From positions 32,001 through 96,000 of the IMG/VR virus record IMGVR_UViG_3300003873_000003: a DNA stretch of 64,000 nt. One strand, 5' to 3'. Below the pieces are notes generated by a model. That model was not told where the DNA came from, made no database searches, and saw only the letters and a list, made by a program, of their open reading frames with translations. Position numbers and translations under genes: made by a program. Origin of the DNA: a virus. Below, piece after piece: positions 17,626-28,283 of this stretch. Positions within the stretch are counted from its first letter, which is position 1. Every line of letters begins with the position of its first letter.

Positions 17626-18139
17626 GCTTCTCTTCTAACCATTTGGACAATACAACCTTCCCATCGGCTGTGATAGTCTTCTTGTGGCTATTCTGTTTCC
17701 ACTCTTCTGTAGAGCGGATGTTCTTTTTGTTGTCAAAACACCACTTAGCAAGTAAAAGCGCACCTCTCACTCCCCACACGACACAAGAAAAACTTGCGGT
17801 GTACTGCTCATCACCATCCCACCAAGAGGTAACATAACGGTCGGAGTTCTTAGCATCCTGTGGTCGGAATGCTACACCTCGAAGACCAGTGTGGTTTGCC
17901 TTCGTAGGTAGCCCCTTAGACTTCAAGGAGACGGGTTTCCATCCTTCATCTTTGATACGTTGTAACTCTGCATCTCGGAATGCAATAGCCTCATCTAGGG
18001 TACGAAACGAGCCATGCACCAAAGGTTTCCGATACTGATATTTAAGTCGCACAATATAGGCACAGTCCGATGCTGTGATGTAACGTGTATTTGGAGGGAT
18101 TGGAAGAAGGGGTTTTGGGGTCGCACGCTTTGCTTCCAC
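17588..18139 (-). CDS. AP2-domain DNA-binding protein (two AP2-like units)
   Basis: YIVRL...HGSFRTLDEAIAFRD and HTGLRGV...YVTSW...SFS...WG..GALLLA. Confidence 0.65.
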   Translation of the reverse strand: MEAKRATPKPLLPIPPNTRYITASDCAYIVRLKYQYRKPLVHGSFRTLDEAIAFRDAELQRIKDEGWKPVSLKSKGLPTKANHTGLRGVAFRPQDAKNSDRYVTSWWDGDEQYTASFSCVVWGVRGALLLAKWCFDNKKNIRSTEEWKQNSHKKTITADGKVVLSKWLEEKLATIGSKSPKGE

Positions 18140-18278
18140 TAAAGTGTGCCTCGAAAACGCTCTTGAAAGTCAAGCCCTTCATCTTTTCTTGAACGTGGTT
18201 TTGCTTGTACCGTAATGGTTTCATTCGTCATGGGGACAATCCTTTTGTAATCATCTGATTTAGCGAGTGCGTGCAGCT

Positions 18279-19826
18279 TTATAGAACGTAAGCCTTTTTG
18301 GAAGCCCGAGTTAAAGCAACATACGCACACTGCATAGATTCCTTATTGCTTCTGTTACGGAGTATGTTAGCCTCATCAATAAAAACGTTCTCATAGGTGC
18401 TACCTTGCGCCATGTGAGCTGTCATAGCGTAACTATGCCGCACACTGGACAATGCCTTCAACTGCCAAAAGCATTGCCAAGGTAGCCACGCTGCGGAACC
18501 CTTAGAGTTACGAGCGAGGTTAGCATACTTCTGTATCTCGTTGTACCCTGGGGCACCTACGAGGATACGATGCTTTTCACCATTTACAGATTCAGTATTC
18601 AGAATGTAGGCAGGCGCAGTGTATTCATCGAAAGCAACCACTTTACACGCAGAGCTATAGTTGGGCTTACGACCCGTGTTCGCATCCACCATTATGTTAG
18701 GCGTATATGCTATACGTTCGTAGCTCAATACACGAAACTCATCTGCCGTTGTATAAACAGGCGAAGCGCACCGAATAGACTTATGCTTAAAGGACACAGC
18801 AACTAGACCACTATGGAAATCATTAAACGAATACAAGGGACCACGAGAATAAACCCACTCGCCTTCTGTGAAAGGTATCGCATCACACTCATCACCATAG
18901 ATAGAACGGCGGATTAGCTTATTGAGTTCCAGAACCCTTGCGTTAGTCCAAGCAACGCATCGGATATAGTCAGGATTGTCAACAAAGGCTTTGAACAACG
19001 GGAGCATCATTGCTTCGGTTCCATTGTACACACCTTCTGTACCATCATGGTTAGCAGCTCTGGGGATAAGAGTCTTCTCGTTACGGTTCACCGCCTTGCG
19101 CAGCTTTTGGCTACAAGCAAATAATGGGTTATCCCCAGAGGTACGGATAGGTAGCTTGAGCAGGGCGGATGAAGAAGACTTACGAAAGGTAGGTGACATC
19201 TGCTCTTCGCCAACAGGTCGTAGTTGGGCGGGGTCACCAACAAAGAGGACTTTTAATGTTGGAGGTACAAGCACACACAACATCTCAAAAAGCTCGGTGG
19301 ACACCTGCGAACACTCATCAACGATAAGAAGCTTAGTTGGAAGGTTAGGTTCCCTATCACGTATCAGGTGCATCTCACCATCCTCACCTGCTCGCATAGT
19401 AAGCCCCAACATAGACTGTATTGTAGTACAGTTTGCGTTGTTGCCTTTCTCTTTAAGCATAGAGTGGATAACCTTGGTAGCCTTGTTTGTTGGTGCGGCG
19501 AAAGCGGTCAACGCATCACCAACACTACTAACAATAGTCGTAACCAAATGGGTCTTACCTGTACCTGCAAACCCTTTGATACACATGAACCCATGGCTAC
19601 CGTCCGTAGGAGCAGGGGAGTCCAACCACTCCATGACCGCTTTGTAGGCGGCAGGTTGGTCTCCCTTCAAAGGTGTATCCAACACTTCCTCAACATCAGG
19701 CGTTGGTACAACAGCACCCTCTTTAACAGCAGGAGGGGCATCCGTAGTGTTCGGTGGTGTGGCAGAGGTTGAGTCAGACACATAACCACCAGTGTTTTCT
19801 TTTTTATCGAAGTCTAAATTAGACAT
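18279..19826 (-). CDS. Dda/RecD-like SF1 DNA helicase
   Basis: GFAGTGKT, APTNKA, IVDECS, VGDPAQL, YAMTAHMAQGSTY, YVALTRA. Confidence 0.92.
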   Translation of the reverse strand: MSNLDFDKKENTGGYVSDSTSATPPNTTDAPPAVKEGAVVPTPDVEEVLDTPLKGDQPAAYKAVMEWLDSPAPTDGSHGFMCIKGFAGTGKTHLVTTIVSSVGDALTAFAAPTNKATKVIHSMLKEKGNNANCTTIQSMLGLTMRAGEDGEMHLIRDREPNLPTKLLIVDECSQVSTELFEMLCVLVPPTLKVLFVGDPAQLRPVGEEQMSPTFRKSSSSALLKLPIRTSGDNPLFACSQKLRKAVNRNEKTLIPRAANHDGTEGVYNGTEAMMLPLFKAFVDNPDYIRCVAWTNARVLELNKLIRRSIYGDECDAIPFTEGEWVYSRGPLYSFNDFHSGLVAVSFKHKSIRCASPVYTTADEFRVLSYERIAYTPNIMVDANTGRKPNYSSACKVVAFDEYTAPAYILNTESVNGEKHRILVGAPGYNEIQKYANLARNSKGSAAWLPWQCFWQLKALSSVRHSYAMTAHMAQGSTYENVFIDEANILRNRSNKESMQCAYVALTRASKKAYVL

Positions 19827-19849
19827 AAACTCTCCAGTTTTACGGGGCG

Positions 19850-20425
19850 TTACTTACCTGTACTACCAAATCCACCGTCACCTCGAACCTGACCATCCTT
19901 TGATTCTCCCCAAACTTCCAATGTTACGCCTGCAATAGTTGCTTGGGGTGCAGGTGCTAAGACACATTGAGCAATGCGCATACCTTGGGTGATATTAAAA
20001 GCCTGTGAGCCTTGGTTGAACAGCAAAACAATGATTTCACCACGGTAGTCAGAGTCGATAGTCCCAGGGGCGTTCAACACTGTAATGTTGTGTTTGGCTG
20101 CCAATCCTGAACGTGGTCGCACTTGCAGTTCGTAACCATCAGGAATGTGAGACACCAAAAGCCCAGTAGCTACTTTAAGCATCTCCCCAGGATATAAGGA
20201 TGCAGCGGTTTCACTATCAAACACGCCATCGTTGATAACATCTGCATGTAGGTCGAACCCCGCAGAGCCGCTGGTTTGATACTTAGGTAGGATGTTGTAT
20301 TCATGCTTCAAGCAGAACTCAACACGCAATTCGTTTCCCTGTACATGCTCGGTTATTTTATCCCCCACCTTAGTGGGTGGGATAGGTTGTTTCTTTTGTT
20401 GTTTCTTTTGTTGTGTGTGTTGCAT
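19850..20425 (-). CDS. dut: dUTPase (trimeric)
   Basis: SAGFDL, RPRSGLA, GTIDSDYRGE, RIAQ, RGDGGFGSTG. Confidence 0.97.
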   Translation of the reverse strand: MQHTQQKKQQKKQPIPPTKVGDKITEHVQGNELRVEFCLKHEYNILPKYQTSGSAGFDLHADVINDGVFDSETAASLYPGEMLKVATGLLVSHIPDGYELQVRPRSGLAAKHNITVLNAPGTIDSDYRGEIIVLLFNQGSQAFNITQGMRIAQCVLAPAPQATIAGVTLEVWGESKDGQVRGDGGFGSTGK

Positions 20426-20492
20426 ATAAAACTCCTTTTAATAAGTCGTACTATTTTCATGTAAAACGCCAACACGCAGGGGTGCGTGTAAG

Positions 20493-20816
20493 TTACATAA
20501 GGATTACCCATGCTACGTAAACATCAGATGCGCCAGTAAATAACCCTGCAAGAAAAACTAAAGTCCCCACCAAAGGGAAATCCCTATCCGTAATACGGGG
20601 ATACACTATCTCTAGTTCAGCCTCCATGCAGTTTTCACATCCGTTGCCACATTCTTTTGAAACCGTGCTATCCGAAGGTGTGCAACCAGAGTGTTGCCGT
20701 ACATGTATGTCACAAGAGTCCACAAATATGGCTATTCCTAACAAGCATACAGTTAAACTCATCACAAAAGCGATAGACAGAATAGCGCAAGTTACGCCCC
20801 ACGTAATAGTAAGCAT
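20493..20816 (-). CDS. small membrane protein with a Cys-rich loop
   Basis: Two hydrophobic segments. Confidence 0.55.
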   Translation of the reverse strand: MLTITWGVTCAILSIAFVMSLTVCLLGIAIFVDSCDIHVRQHSGCTPSDSTVSKECGNGCENCMEAELEIVYPRITDRDFPLVGTLVFLAGLFTGASDVYVAWVILM

Positions 20817-20817
20817 A

Positions 20818-21030
20818 TCAATGGCTAGTGAGCAGGATAGGAAGACCTACACCAACACCTGCCATAAACAAGACACCGCCAGCCAAGACAAACACAACAC
20901 CCCCAATGAAACTCATAACAGAACCATGAAGGGTTGAAGCTTCATAAAAGAAAAGGTAGAGGGCGGCATATATGAGTACACCACCCCCACCGAGTAAACC
21001 TATCAAGATTAAAGTAGTTGAAAAGACCAT
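20818..21030 (-). CDS. small two-TM membrane protein
   Basis: GGAGG RBS, hydrophobic. Confidence 0.6.
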   Translation of the reverse strand: MVFSTTLILIGLLGGGGVLIYAALYLFFYEASTLHGSVMSFIGGVVFVLAGGVLFMAGVGVGLPILLTSH

Positions 21031-21094
21031 AAGTACCTCCGAGACTGCGTTTAGCAGTTTATTGTTTTATTGTGTTGCATAATACAGATTTACA

Positions 21095-21547
21095 TTAAAC
21101 GAACGCTCTTTTTATATTCTGACGAAAAATAGTTTCGTTACGACTACTAGAGTACACAGACGTTATCAGGGACGTAGGGTGACACATAGTGAAACTAAAC
21201 CCTGCGAGGGCAAGCCAACTATCCACATCGGAAATATGAACCTCACCCTTCACAGTGGCTGAAACAGTAGTGTACACAACCACAGGTATCGGGCTACAGA
21301 CACACACGCTACCGTCTGCCCCTATACCTATACCCGAACCACACCGCACGTTAGCTCGAACAGTATCAACCAAGCATGACGGAACAGGAAGACCCGATGA
21401 TAGCAAACATTCAGGCTCTTTGCGTACCAAAATATCGCAACCAAGCAGAAGAGGCTTATCTCCTCGACCGAAAACGTCAACCTTAATAACAGGGGATTCG
21501 GATTGTATAAGCTCGGATGAAACTAAGCGTGGGTGTGATGGTGTCAT
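21095..21547 (-). CDS. hypothetical protein
   Basis: AGGAG RBS. Confidence 0.6.
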   Translation of the reverse strand: MTPSHPRLVSSELIQSESPVIKVDVFGRGDKPLLLGCDILVRKEPECLLSSGLPVPSCLVDTVRANVRCGSGIGIGADGSVCVCSPIPVVVYTTVSATVKGEVHISDVDSWLALAGFSFTMCHPTSLITSVYSSSRNETIFRQNIKRAFV

Positions 21548-21569
21548 ATGGGTCTCCTAAGTGAGTCAT

Positions 21570-22235
21570 TTATGGAACATACGCAGGTGGTGTTAGAGAC
21601 ACCCCAGGGAAGTTAGGCAAAGCAGCCTTGTATCCGAGTTCAGTGGAAGTGGCAGAACCATAGATGTAATTACCAAGTTGGGGCTTTGTGTAAGATGTCG
21701 GTACAACTACATCCTCGAACAAGGCTTTATTTACAAACCCTTGAACGAAAGCCGACATAGAGGATATAAGACCCCTAAAGTGCGCCTCTTCGTCTGTGAT
21801 GGCTTGAGTTATAGAAGCCTCAAGAGCAACAAGATTCGCAGGTACAGGAGGCTTAGCAGGTGGGACAACAGGCGCAGCAGGGTACGGTAAGTCATTGTAG
21901 TAACTAACGGTAGTGGCAGACACCGCAGCACGCACAGCACCGAGCCCCATAGCCGCAGCACCGTGGGTACTAGGTGGTGGTGTAATGCCCGAAGTAACAA
22001 CATAGGAATACAAGGCAGGAACAAAGTCACCAATCCAAGGTCGAGGTGCTGCAAAGTGAGCTTGTATAGCAGCATCAACAGAAGACCAGTAAGAGCTATA
22101 ATCGGCGAACCCCGTTGTGGAAGCAACTCCTGTAGAGGTCAGAGTGTAGCAGTTGTTTTCCCTGTCTGTGAGAAGTGTGTAGAGCGCAGGGTCGCTCGGA
22201 ATGGGGGATAAAACGGATTTAGCATGTACTGGCAT
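21570..22235 (-). CDS. putative virion structural protein
   Basis: P/A/T-rich, AGGAGG RBS, directly downstream of the PAAR gene. Confidence 0.5.
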   Translation of the reverse strand: MPVHAKSVLSPIPSDPALYTLLTDRENNCYTLTSTGVASTTGFADYSSYWSSVDAAIQAHFAAPRPWIGDFVPALYSYVVTSGITPPPSTHGAAAMGLGAVRAAVSATTVSYYNDLPYPAAPVVPPAKPPVPANLVALEASITQAITDEEAHFRGLISSMSAFVQGFVNKALFEDVVVPTSYTKPQLGNYIYGSATSTELGYKAALPNFPGVSLTPPAYVP

Positions 22236-22254
22236 GGAGCCTCCTATTGAAAAG

Positions 22255-22548
22255 TCACTTGACCATGATTTTCGGGTTACCTGTCATAGATACGCAAGGT
22301 CCCGGGTTCGTTCCGACATCACCTACACGGTGAGCAGGTTTTCCCGTAAGGTTTGTGATAGCAGAGCCACTAAGTGCAACTACAGGATGACCACAAGTAG
22401 CGACAGCCACGTCACCTACGGCGATGCCTGGGGTAGCACCTTTAACAATAGGGTTACCTGTGACGAACGTACCAGTGTAACCTTGGGGGTTTGTATGGGC
22501 AGGGCAAACACCTACACAGATGTCACCAACACACACTAAGGGAGGCAT
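22255..22548 (-). CDS. PAAR-like tail spike tip protein
   Basis: Three repeats (CVGD, AVGD..TCGH, PAHRVGD) plus TG..V motifs and Cys/His metal ligands. Confidence 0.85.
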   Translation of the reverse strand: MPPLVCVGDICVGVCPAHTNPQGYTGTFVTGNPIVKGATPGIAVGDVAVATCGHPVVALSGSAITNLTGKPAHRVGDVGTNPGPCVSMTGNPKIMVK

Positions 22549-22549
22549 A

Positions 22550-23377
22550 TCACTCTCCCTCAACCACGGCTAACATCTTATGGTAGAATAAGTAGCCATG
22601 CGCCCCAAGACCTCTTGTATCCTCGCTCGCCTCCTCCATAACAGCGTCTATCTCCGCCTTAACAACCTCCAAGTCAACATGGGGATGGTTAGCGTCAGAA
22701 GCCACAATGTTGTGAGTATCACAATACGAGGCATACACCTTACGCAGGTACGACAGATTGAAGTCATCACGGTCTAAGATACGACCCAAGAGAGGCGTAT
22801 CCATGTGTTGCTCTAAGGCATAGCGGACGACTGCAAGAGATGCAATACGTTGTTTAACTGGAAGCACAGCATCGAATCGGGAACCGCACATCTTAGAGAG
22901 TCGTAGCTCTTCCGTGTTCACCTTAGCGTCAACCAACGGAATAGCGAGGTTCTTTAATAGGACGGGGTTAAGTGTGAGCAGAAACAGCTCTAACAGGTTG
23001 CCACACTGTATGACAATGTTTTCAACAGCCTCTGTATGAGCAGGAAGAGTGGAGTTCATCTCCGAACGTACTTGAGATGCGATGCTTTGTAGGACGTTAC
23101 GAGGAACCCTGTCCCCTAAGCCAGTGTAGTCTAAGTGTGAAATATCATCACTACCGAACAGGTCAATGTAGTCATCAACGTCTTCGGACGCTACAACATA
23201 ATCCATAACGTCAAGTAAGTCGAGGTAAACAATCAATAGATTCCTAAACTTATCAGGGGTAAGCATTGAGGTAAGACCTTTATGCAGGTCGAACAGGTCA
23301 TCGGGGATACGTTCTCCCATAATGGTATTCTCCTTTGTACGAATGTTATACGCCGTTATACGAAAGGTGGAGGGCAA
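22550..23377 (-). CDS. hypothetical helical protein (likely start near 23320)
   Basis: Long ORF; AAGGAG RBS before MGER. Confidence 0.7.
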   Translation of the reverse strand: MPSTFRITAYNIRTKENTIMGERIPDDLFDLHKGLTSMLTPDKFRNLLIVYLDLLDVMDYVVASEDVDDYIDLFGSDDISHLDYTGLGDRVPRNVLQSIASQVRSEMNSTLPAHTEAVENIVIQCGNLLELFLLTLNPVLLKNLAIPLVDAKVNTEELRLSKMCGSRFDAVLPVKQRIASLAVVRYALEQHMDTPLLGRILDRDDFNLSYLRKVYASYCDTHNIVASDANHPHVDLEVVKAEIDAVMEEASEDTRGLGAHGYLFYHKMLAVVEGE

Positions 23378-24125
23378 ACGCTACTCTTTGTTGGGAGTGG
23401 TAGGAATCGTCAGACATAGCGTCACGAGCCTCTTTCTTTATAAGGGCTAGTGCTGATTTACACTTATCATAAACACGCACGTTCAGTCCATCAACCTCGT
23501 GGTCGGGGAGCAAGTGGATGAGGCGCATGACAGTGTACTGTTTGTCTATGTACGAAGAAACATCAGTATCGAACTTCCAGTGAGGTATCTTGGTAGAACG
23601 TAATGCCTTGAGAGCCAACTGGCACACTGAGGACGAATAGGACACACGCTGCAAATGAGACTCATGCAAGCTTGCATCCTCGGTATGACCCCTATGAAGT
23701 TTCAAGAAATGGGATTCATCCGCTAACAACGCAGCTCGCTTCTTCAAAGAAGGGATAACCATCCTATGCAGCAATGTACGGATACGCAGAACACCGAACG
23801 TTCGCACCAAGTCATCCACTTGCTTCTCAAGCGACACGAGCGTCATCCACAAGGAGCCCATACGAACGACATCTTTGGCGGAATTTATATCAGCGGTATC
23901 AGCAAATGACCGCATGGTAGTATCGAAGTCTATGAGTTGAGCCCAAAGCTCATCTAAAGCAGACCGTGCAGCTACCCAGTGGTCGTGGGGGATAAGTGTA
24001 ACATCGCTGTATGCCGAGCCACAACCTTCCAAGGTGAGAAAGTCCATTAACGGTCGGAGCTTACTCAAACACGCTTGGAATCGAGTATCGTAGTCTTTAT
24101 CATCTATATTGGTGCATTCGCTCAT
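23346..24125 (-). CDS. hypothetical helical protein
   Basis: AAGGAG RBS. Confidence 0.7.
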   Translation of the reverse strand: MSECTNIDDKDYDTRFQACLSKLRPLMDFLTLEGCGSAYSDVTLIPHDHWVAARSALDELWAQLIDFDTTMRSFADTADINSAKDVVRMGSLWMTLVSLEKQVDDLVRTFGVLRIRTLLHRMVIPSLKKRAALLADESHFLKLHRGHTEDASLHESHLQRVSYSSSVCQLALKALRSTKIPHWKFDTDVSSYIDKQYTVMRLIHLLPDHEVDGLNVRVYDKCKSALALIKKEARDAMSDDSYHSQQRVAFALHLSYNGV

Positions 24126-24154
24126 CGGGAGCTCCTTTGTTTAAGTAATCGTAT

Positions 24155-24799
24155 CTAGTCAGAAGTGCATCTGTATATGTAGTCCAAGTAGTTCGCCAGA
24201 TGATAGGCAAAGTCAGCTCGCACCTCGACATCACGGTACAGGTCAACATCACTAACAACATCAACCACATGAGCAATCGCTTCATCCGCTAGGGACGCAA
24301 CACGATAGTCAGACCGTGAGATTTCACCTGAACCTGCCAAATAGATAAGGAAGGTAACACTATTTATGGAGCCCAAATCAAAGTATTCTGTAGGAGGTAT
24401 CCACATCACCACACGCAACGCCAAGTCCAAGGCATTAACCTTTCGGCGAGCAGCACGGATACTACGCACACGCATTTCAGGGGTTTCTCCGATGAAACAA
24501 TGGGCGTGGTAAGAGTATTCGGTGTACGCCGACCTACGCAAAGCCCTAAGAGTCTCTAGGTAAAGACGCTTCATAAAACGGTTTTCAGCTATGGTTACCT
24601 CGGTTAAGAGATTACCGAGCGCATCAGACTCTAGGGGTTCATCAATCACAGATTGAACTATGTCAGCCACACCCGACAAAGGGTTGTATTGACGAAGGGT
24701 ATCACGGATGACTTCTGCCCGACGTGTATTTAACTTTGCTATTGATACAGTCGTGGACGAAGGTAAGTCACAGTTAGAATGCTCTGTTACAGTAGGCAT
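24155..24799 (-). CDS. hypothetical protein
   Basis: GGAG RBS; upstream GCTAATTG motif. Confidence 0.7.
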   Translation of the reverse strand: MPTVTEHSNCDLPSSTTVSIAKLNTRRAEVIRDTLRQYNPLSGVADIVQSVIDEPLESDALGNLLTEVTIAENRFMKRLYLETLRALRRSAYTEYSYHAHCFIGETPEMRVRSIRAARRKVNALDLALRVVMWIPPTEYFDLGSINSVTFLIYLAGSGEISRSDYRVASLADEAIAHVVDVVSDVDLYRDVEVRADFAYHLANYLDYIYRCTSD

Positions 24800-24945
24800 T
24801 ATTTAAGCTCCAAGGGATAAGGTTATCCAATATACGAAATAAGAGGGCAAGTGTGCAGGTGTAGGGGAAACCACCGACCACCTCACTAGGAACTACTGGC
24901 ACAACTAAAAAACTACATGCCTAGCAATTAGCAAAGGTAGCCGTC

Positions 24946-27030
24946 TCACACTTTGTTTAAGTGTGCCTCCCCTCCACTACGAGTAACACGGTACACGTCA
25001 CCTAAGCCCATATCAAAAGGCGATACGACCACTACATTCACCAACTTAGACAAGCTAGGTAAGAACTCGGAGATGAACAGCGACTTGCTGCTATCATCCA
25101 TACCGCTCTCAATCTCATCGAAGATGACGGTATCGACTCTGCTTGTCTGGGGCATGATGCTTATAAGGGAGATGTAAAGCAAGCAAATAAACTGCCTGCG
25201 CTCTGCGCCACTAAGCATACGGACATCTGACACTAGACCCGAAGGTCGTGTAACAACAATCTGCAAAGAGGAAGGGTTGACGATAATCTCAAACTTAAAG
25301 GATTCTGCGAATAGCAGGCTTCTGTAGGTATTAAGCTTCTTAGTACAGACAGCAGCCAAAGCCCGAAGCGTATGTATCTTGATACCTGTGTTTGAGTAAG
25401 CATCTGCTAAGGCAGAGTAACACACTAAGTCATCAAGCTCCTCTTCAAGTTCATCAAGCTCTAACTTCAATTCCGCCTGCTCTTCCAAGTCTTTCTCATA
25501 GAGAGCCCGACTGACCTCATACCCGTGCAGCTCGTTTGACAACGATTTTATACGTTTGCCTAGCTTACCAAGCCTCACCGTATCAGGGTTAGTCTCAGGC
25601 AGGGCAACCCCATAAGCGTCTCGGTAGTCCTCGATGTTAAAATCGAGTGGTGTTGGCTTGGTTGGTTTCGGTACGGGCTTGACTATAGCTCTACGCAACC
25701 AAGAGCGGTGTTCGTCTATCTCATCCTCGATGTCGTTTAATCGTGATAACATAGGCTTAATATCAACCTTCCCTAGAGTCTTCTCCAGCCTAGCCCTCTC
25801 CTGCACGGATTTCAAGGAATCGTTGAACTCGGTGCGCTTCAACAGCTCGGCTTTATACTTGGCGACCCTAGACTTGGACTTATCGTACAAGGCTTGGATG
25901 GAATCAGCATCTAGCTCCGAAGAGCAGGTAGGGCATACGCAAACACCGACAATACCCTCCAGAGAAGCTACAAGCTCAAGTGCTTGGGATAGCCTACCTT
26001 CAATCTCTGATACAGGTTTCGGTGACGCATCTGCACTTACCTTAACAGTTACCGTAGGGAGGCGAGCTATCTCTGCCTTCACAGACTTGTTACTGGCACT
26101 AATACGGCGTGCAGCACGAACCTCAACCTTCAAGTCAGCAAGCTCCGAGGTCAAGGCATCCAAAAGGTCTTGGCGTTCTTCTCGTGACATGGGGTCAGGC
26201 TTGTATGCCTTAAACTTCCTGTATGCCGCTGCATCTGCCTTATATGACTTTACAGCGGTGGCGTATGCAGAATAAGCGTCTAAAGCGGCTGTGTAGTCTG
26301 CCTTACTCAATGGTACTAGGGCTTTAGCCGAGGACGTTAACCTATCGTAGTTCTGTTGCTGAAAGGTTGTTTCAGCGCACAGCTTCTGCAAACGTTCGTA
26401 CTGCTTCCGATACTTACGGAGCTTCTCCACATCCGCTGACCTATCAGGGACTACCTCCACTTCCTTAATGCGGTCGTTAAGAGTCTCGAACCTGACTTTC
26501 TTTTTCTTCAACTCACGCACTTTAGCCAACATGGGTTTCTGCAAGTCAGCGTACTGCTCTAGGGGAAAAATCTCCTCGAACGCTACCAGTCGGTTAGCAT
26601 CAGTTCCGTTTAGAAACGGCGAGAAAAGCAAACTATTGATATAGAAGGTTGAGTAGAACATAGCAGGGGTTAATGGAAATATCTCTCTCACCATCTCCTT
26701 AGCATGTGACTTAGTGCGAACAGCTAAGTCCTTACCATCACGGTAAATCTTATAGCCCCCATCATAGATTATCTTATAACGGTGTTCATTCGTGAACTCG
26801 ACAGTAATAGTCCCTGTCTTCAACTTCGCTCTCGACACAGCAAGAGGGTGGTCTTGAAGCACGGTACAGAGTGCATAGAACATAGCAGACTTGCCTGCCC
26901 CATTACTGCTGTGTGGTTTCCTGTCTTTATTGAGACCTATCACGGAAGTTAAAGGGGCGTTACCGAACTGAAAGGTGGTATCGACATGGTGCGCACAACC
27001 CTCTAGTCGAATACTGTGCATCTCAATCAT
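24946..27030 (-). CDS. SbcC/Rad50/gp46-like recombination ATPase
   Basis: GLNKD..SNGAGKS, coiled coil with CPTC Zn hook, LSGAE, IFDEIE. Confidence 0.92.
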   Translation of the reverse strand: MIEMHSIRLEGCAHHVDTTFQFGNAPLTSVIGLNKDRKPHSSNGAGKSAMFYALCTVLQDHPLAVSRAKLKTGTITVEFTNEHRYKIIYDGGYKIYRDGKDLAVRTKSHAKEMVREIFPLTPAMFYSTFYINSLLFSPFLNGTDANRLVAFEEIFPLEQYADLQKPMLAKVRELKKKKVRFETLNDRIKEVEVVPDRSADVEKLRKYRKQYERLQKLCAETTFQQQNYDRLTSSAKALVPLSKADYTAALDAYSAYATAVKSYKADAAAYRKFKAYKPDPMSREERQDLLDALTSELADLKVEVRAARRISASNKSVKAEIARLPTVTVKVSADASPKPVSEIEGRLSQALELVASLEGIVGVCVCPTCSSELDADSIQALYDKSKSRVAKYKAELLKRTEFNDSLKSVQERARLEKTLGKVDIKPMLSRLNDIEDEIDEHRSWLRRAIVKPVPKPTKPTPLDFNIEDYRDAYGVALPETNPDTVRLGKLGKRIKSLSNELHGYEVSRALYEKDLEEQAELKLELDELEEELDDLVCYSALADAYSNTGIKIHTLRALAAVCTKKLNTYRSLLFAESFKFEIIVNPSSLQIVVTRPSGLVSDVRMLSGAERRQFICLLYISLISIMPQTSRVDTVIFDEIESGMDDSSKSLFISEFLPSLSKLVNVVVVSPFDMGLGDVYRVTRSGGEAHLNKV

Positions 27031-28273
27031 GGGTACTGACTCCTTTGAACGAAGAACCAAAGTTAAATGAGGTATCTAGACGAAGCGCAAAGACGCACTC
27101 GGGGCATACATGGATGTGGTTATTCTGCTTACCGTCAAGAATACCACTAGCATGGTAAGCTGTAGTATAGTCACCCTCGGGGAACTCGAACCCACAGATG
27201 TCACAAGATAGGCGTACAGAGGCATCAGCTTGAGAGTCATCCAAAGGCGTAGCGACAAGAGTACGCCTAGGAGAGTCGGGGGCAATAAAAGAAATCTTAC
27301 CTTCACTATCAGCAGTAATATCAAGAACATCAACATCAAACACCCTACAGGCAGTCTCACATACCGCACAATAAAGGATAGACTCAACTAAGTGGGAAAT
27401 ATAGCTGTCATCTGTTTCGTTCGACCCCCGTTCGCCACTCAAGGTTTCCATCAGTTCGGAGGAATACTCGGAGTACGGAAAGTCATCACGAGAGAATACA
27501 GTGCTATGATGAACTGATACACCGTCCACACCAATAGAGTAGCGTAGGGCACCTAAAAGCGGTGGAGGCGTACCAGCCTTCGGATGTAGAGACCCAACCA
27601 CAAGGATATAATAAAACTGCTCGTGTTCAAAAGGTAAGTGCAACCCTCTTGAATAGTGGGTAATTAGGGCGTTGTCCGCAGGGCTAAGGCAGGTGGCAGG
27701 GTCTGTAGTGTACACAGGTTTCAGTATCGAAGTACCGTTGTGGTAGATATTCATCATAGTGGGGTCTCCTTGTTTTTGAGCATATTGTAGAGTGTAGCGT
27801 AGAGCATAGCTATCAGGTTTGCGGTGGGTGGTTATAACAGTACATCCATTAGCACGAGCGGCGGCATCAAGTTCGTTAGACAGACACTTGCGCACGATGT
27901 ATGAAACGTAAGATGCCGAGACAGAAGAAAACGAACTATCGGAGCCTACACTAAAGTACGTATCAGGTTCGACACATAAGGACTCTTGAAGATTCACGGC
28001 ATAAGAATCATAAGGAAACGGACTGCAATCAAATACACGTTCAGATAAGACATCCAAACATACATCAGATACACAGTACCGTACGATGCCCAAGACACGC
28101 ATATAACCTGCTGAACCTTGAGCTAGTACACTGATATATTTAGTACGCCCACGAACACCAAACCTTATGAAGGTGTCTAGCTCGGATAAGTCGTAAGAAC
28201 CTCTAAGCTCCACTATGTTTTCATCAGTGCAGACAATGAGTAAACTACCAATCGCTTTCAAAATATCCATCAC
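27023..28273 (-). CDS. hypothetical protein with an internal duplicated domain and C-terminal Zn finger
   Basis: Two similar units (see findings); CDICG...CPEC. Confidence 0.7.
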   Translation of the reverse strand: MMDILKAIGSLLIVCTDENIVELRGSYDLSELDTFIRFGVRGRTKYISVLAQGSAGYMRVLGIVRYCVSDVCLDVLSERVFDCSPFPYDSYAVNLQESLCVEPDTYFSVGSDSSFSSVSASYVSYIVRKCLSNELDAAARANGCTVITTHRKPDSYALRYTLQYAQKQGDPTMMNIYHNGTSILKPVYTTDPATCLSPADNALITHYSRGLHLPFEHEQFYYILVVGSLHPKAGTPPPLLGALRYSIGVDGVSVHHSTVFSRDDFPYSEYSSELMETLSGERGSNETDDSYISHLVESILYCAVCETACRVFDVDVLDITADSEGKISFIAPDSPRRTLVATPLDDSQADASVRLSCDICGFEFPEGDYTTAYHASGILDGKQNNHIHVCPECVFALRLDTSFNFGSSFKGVSTHD

Positions 28274-28283
28274 GCCTCCAAAG

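Noticed and set aside
18976-26275. Long + strand ORFs 18976..19647 and 25634..26275
   Set aside because: Entirely antisense to well-supported helicase and SbcC genes, with no motifs of their own
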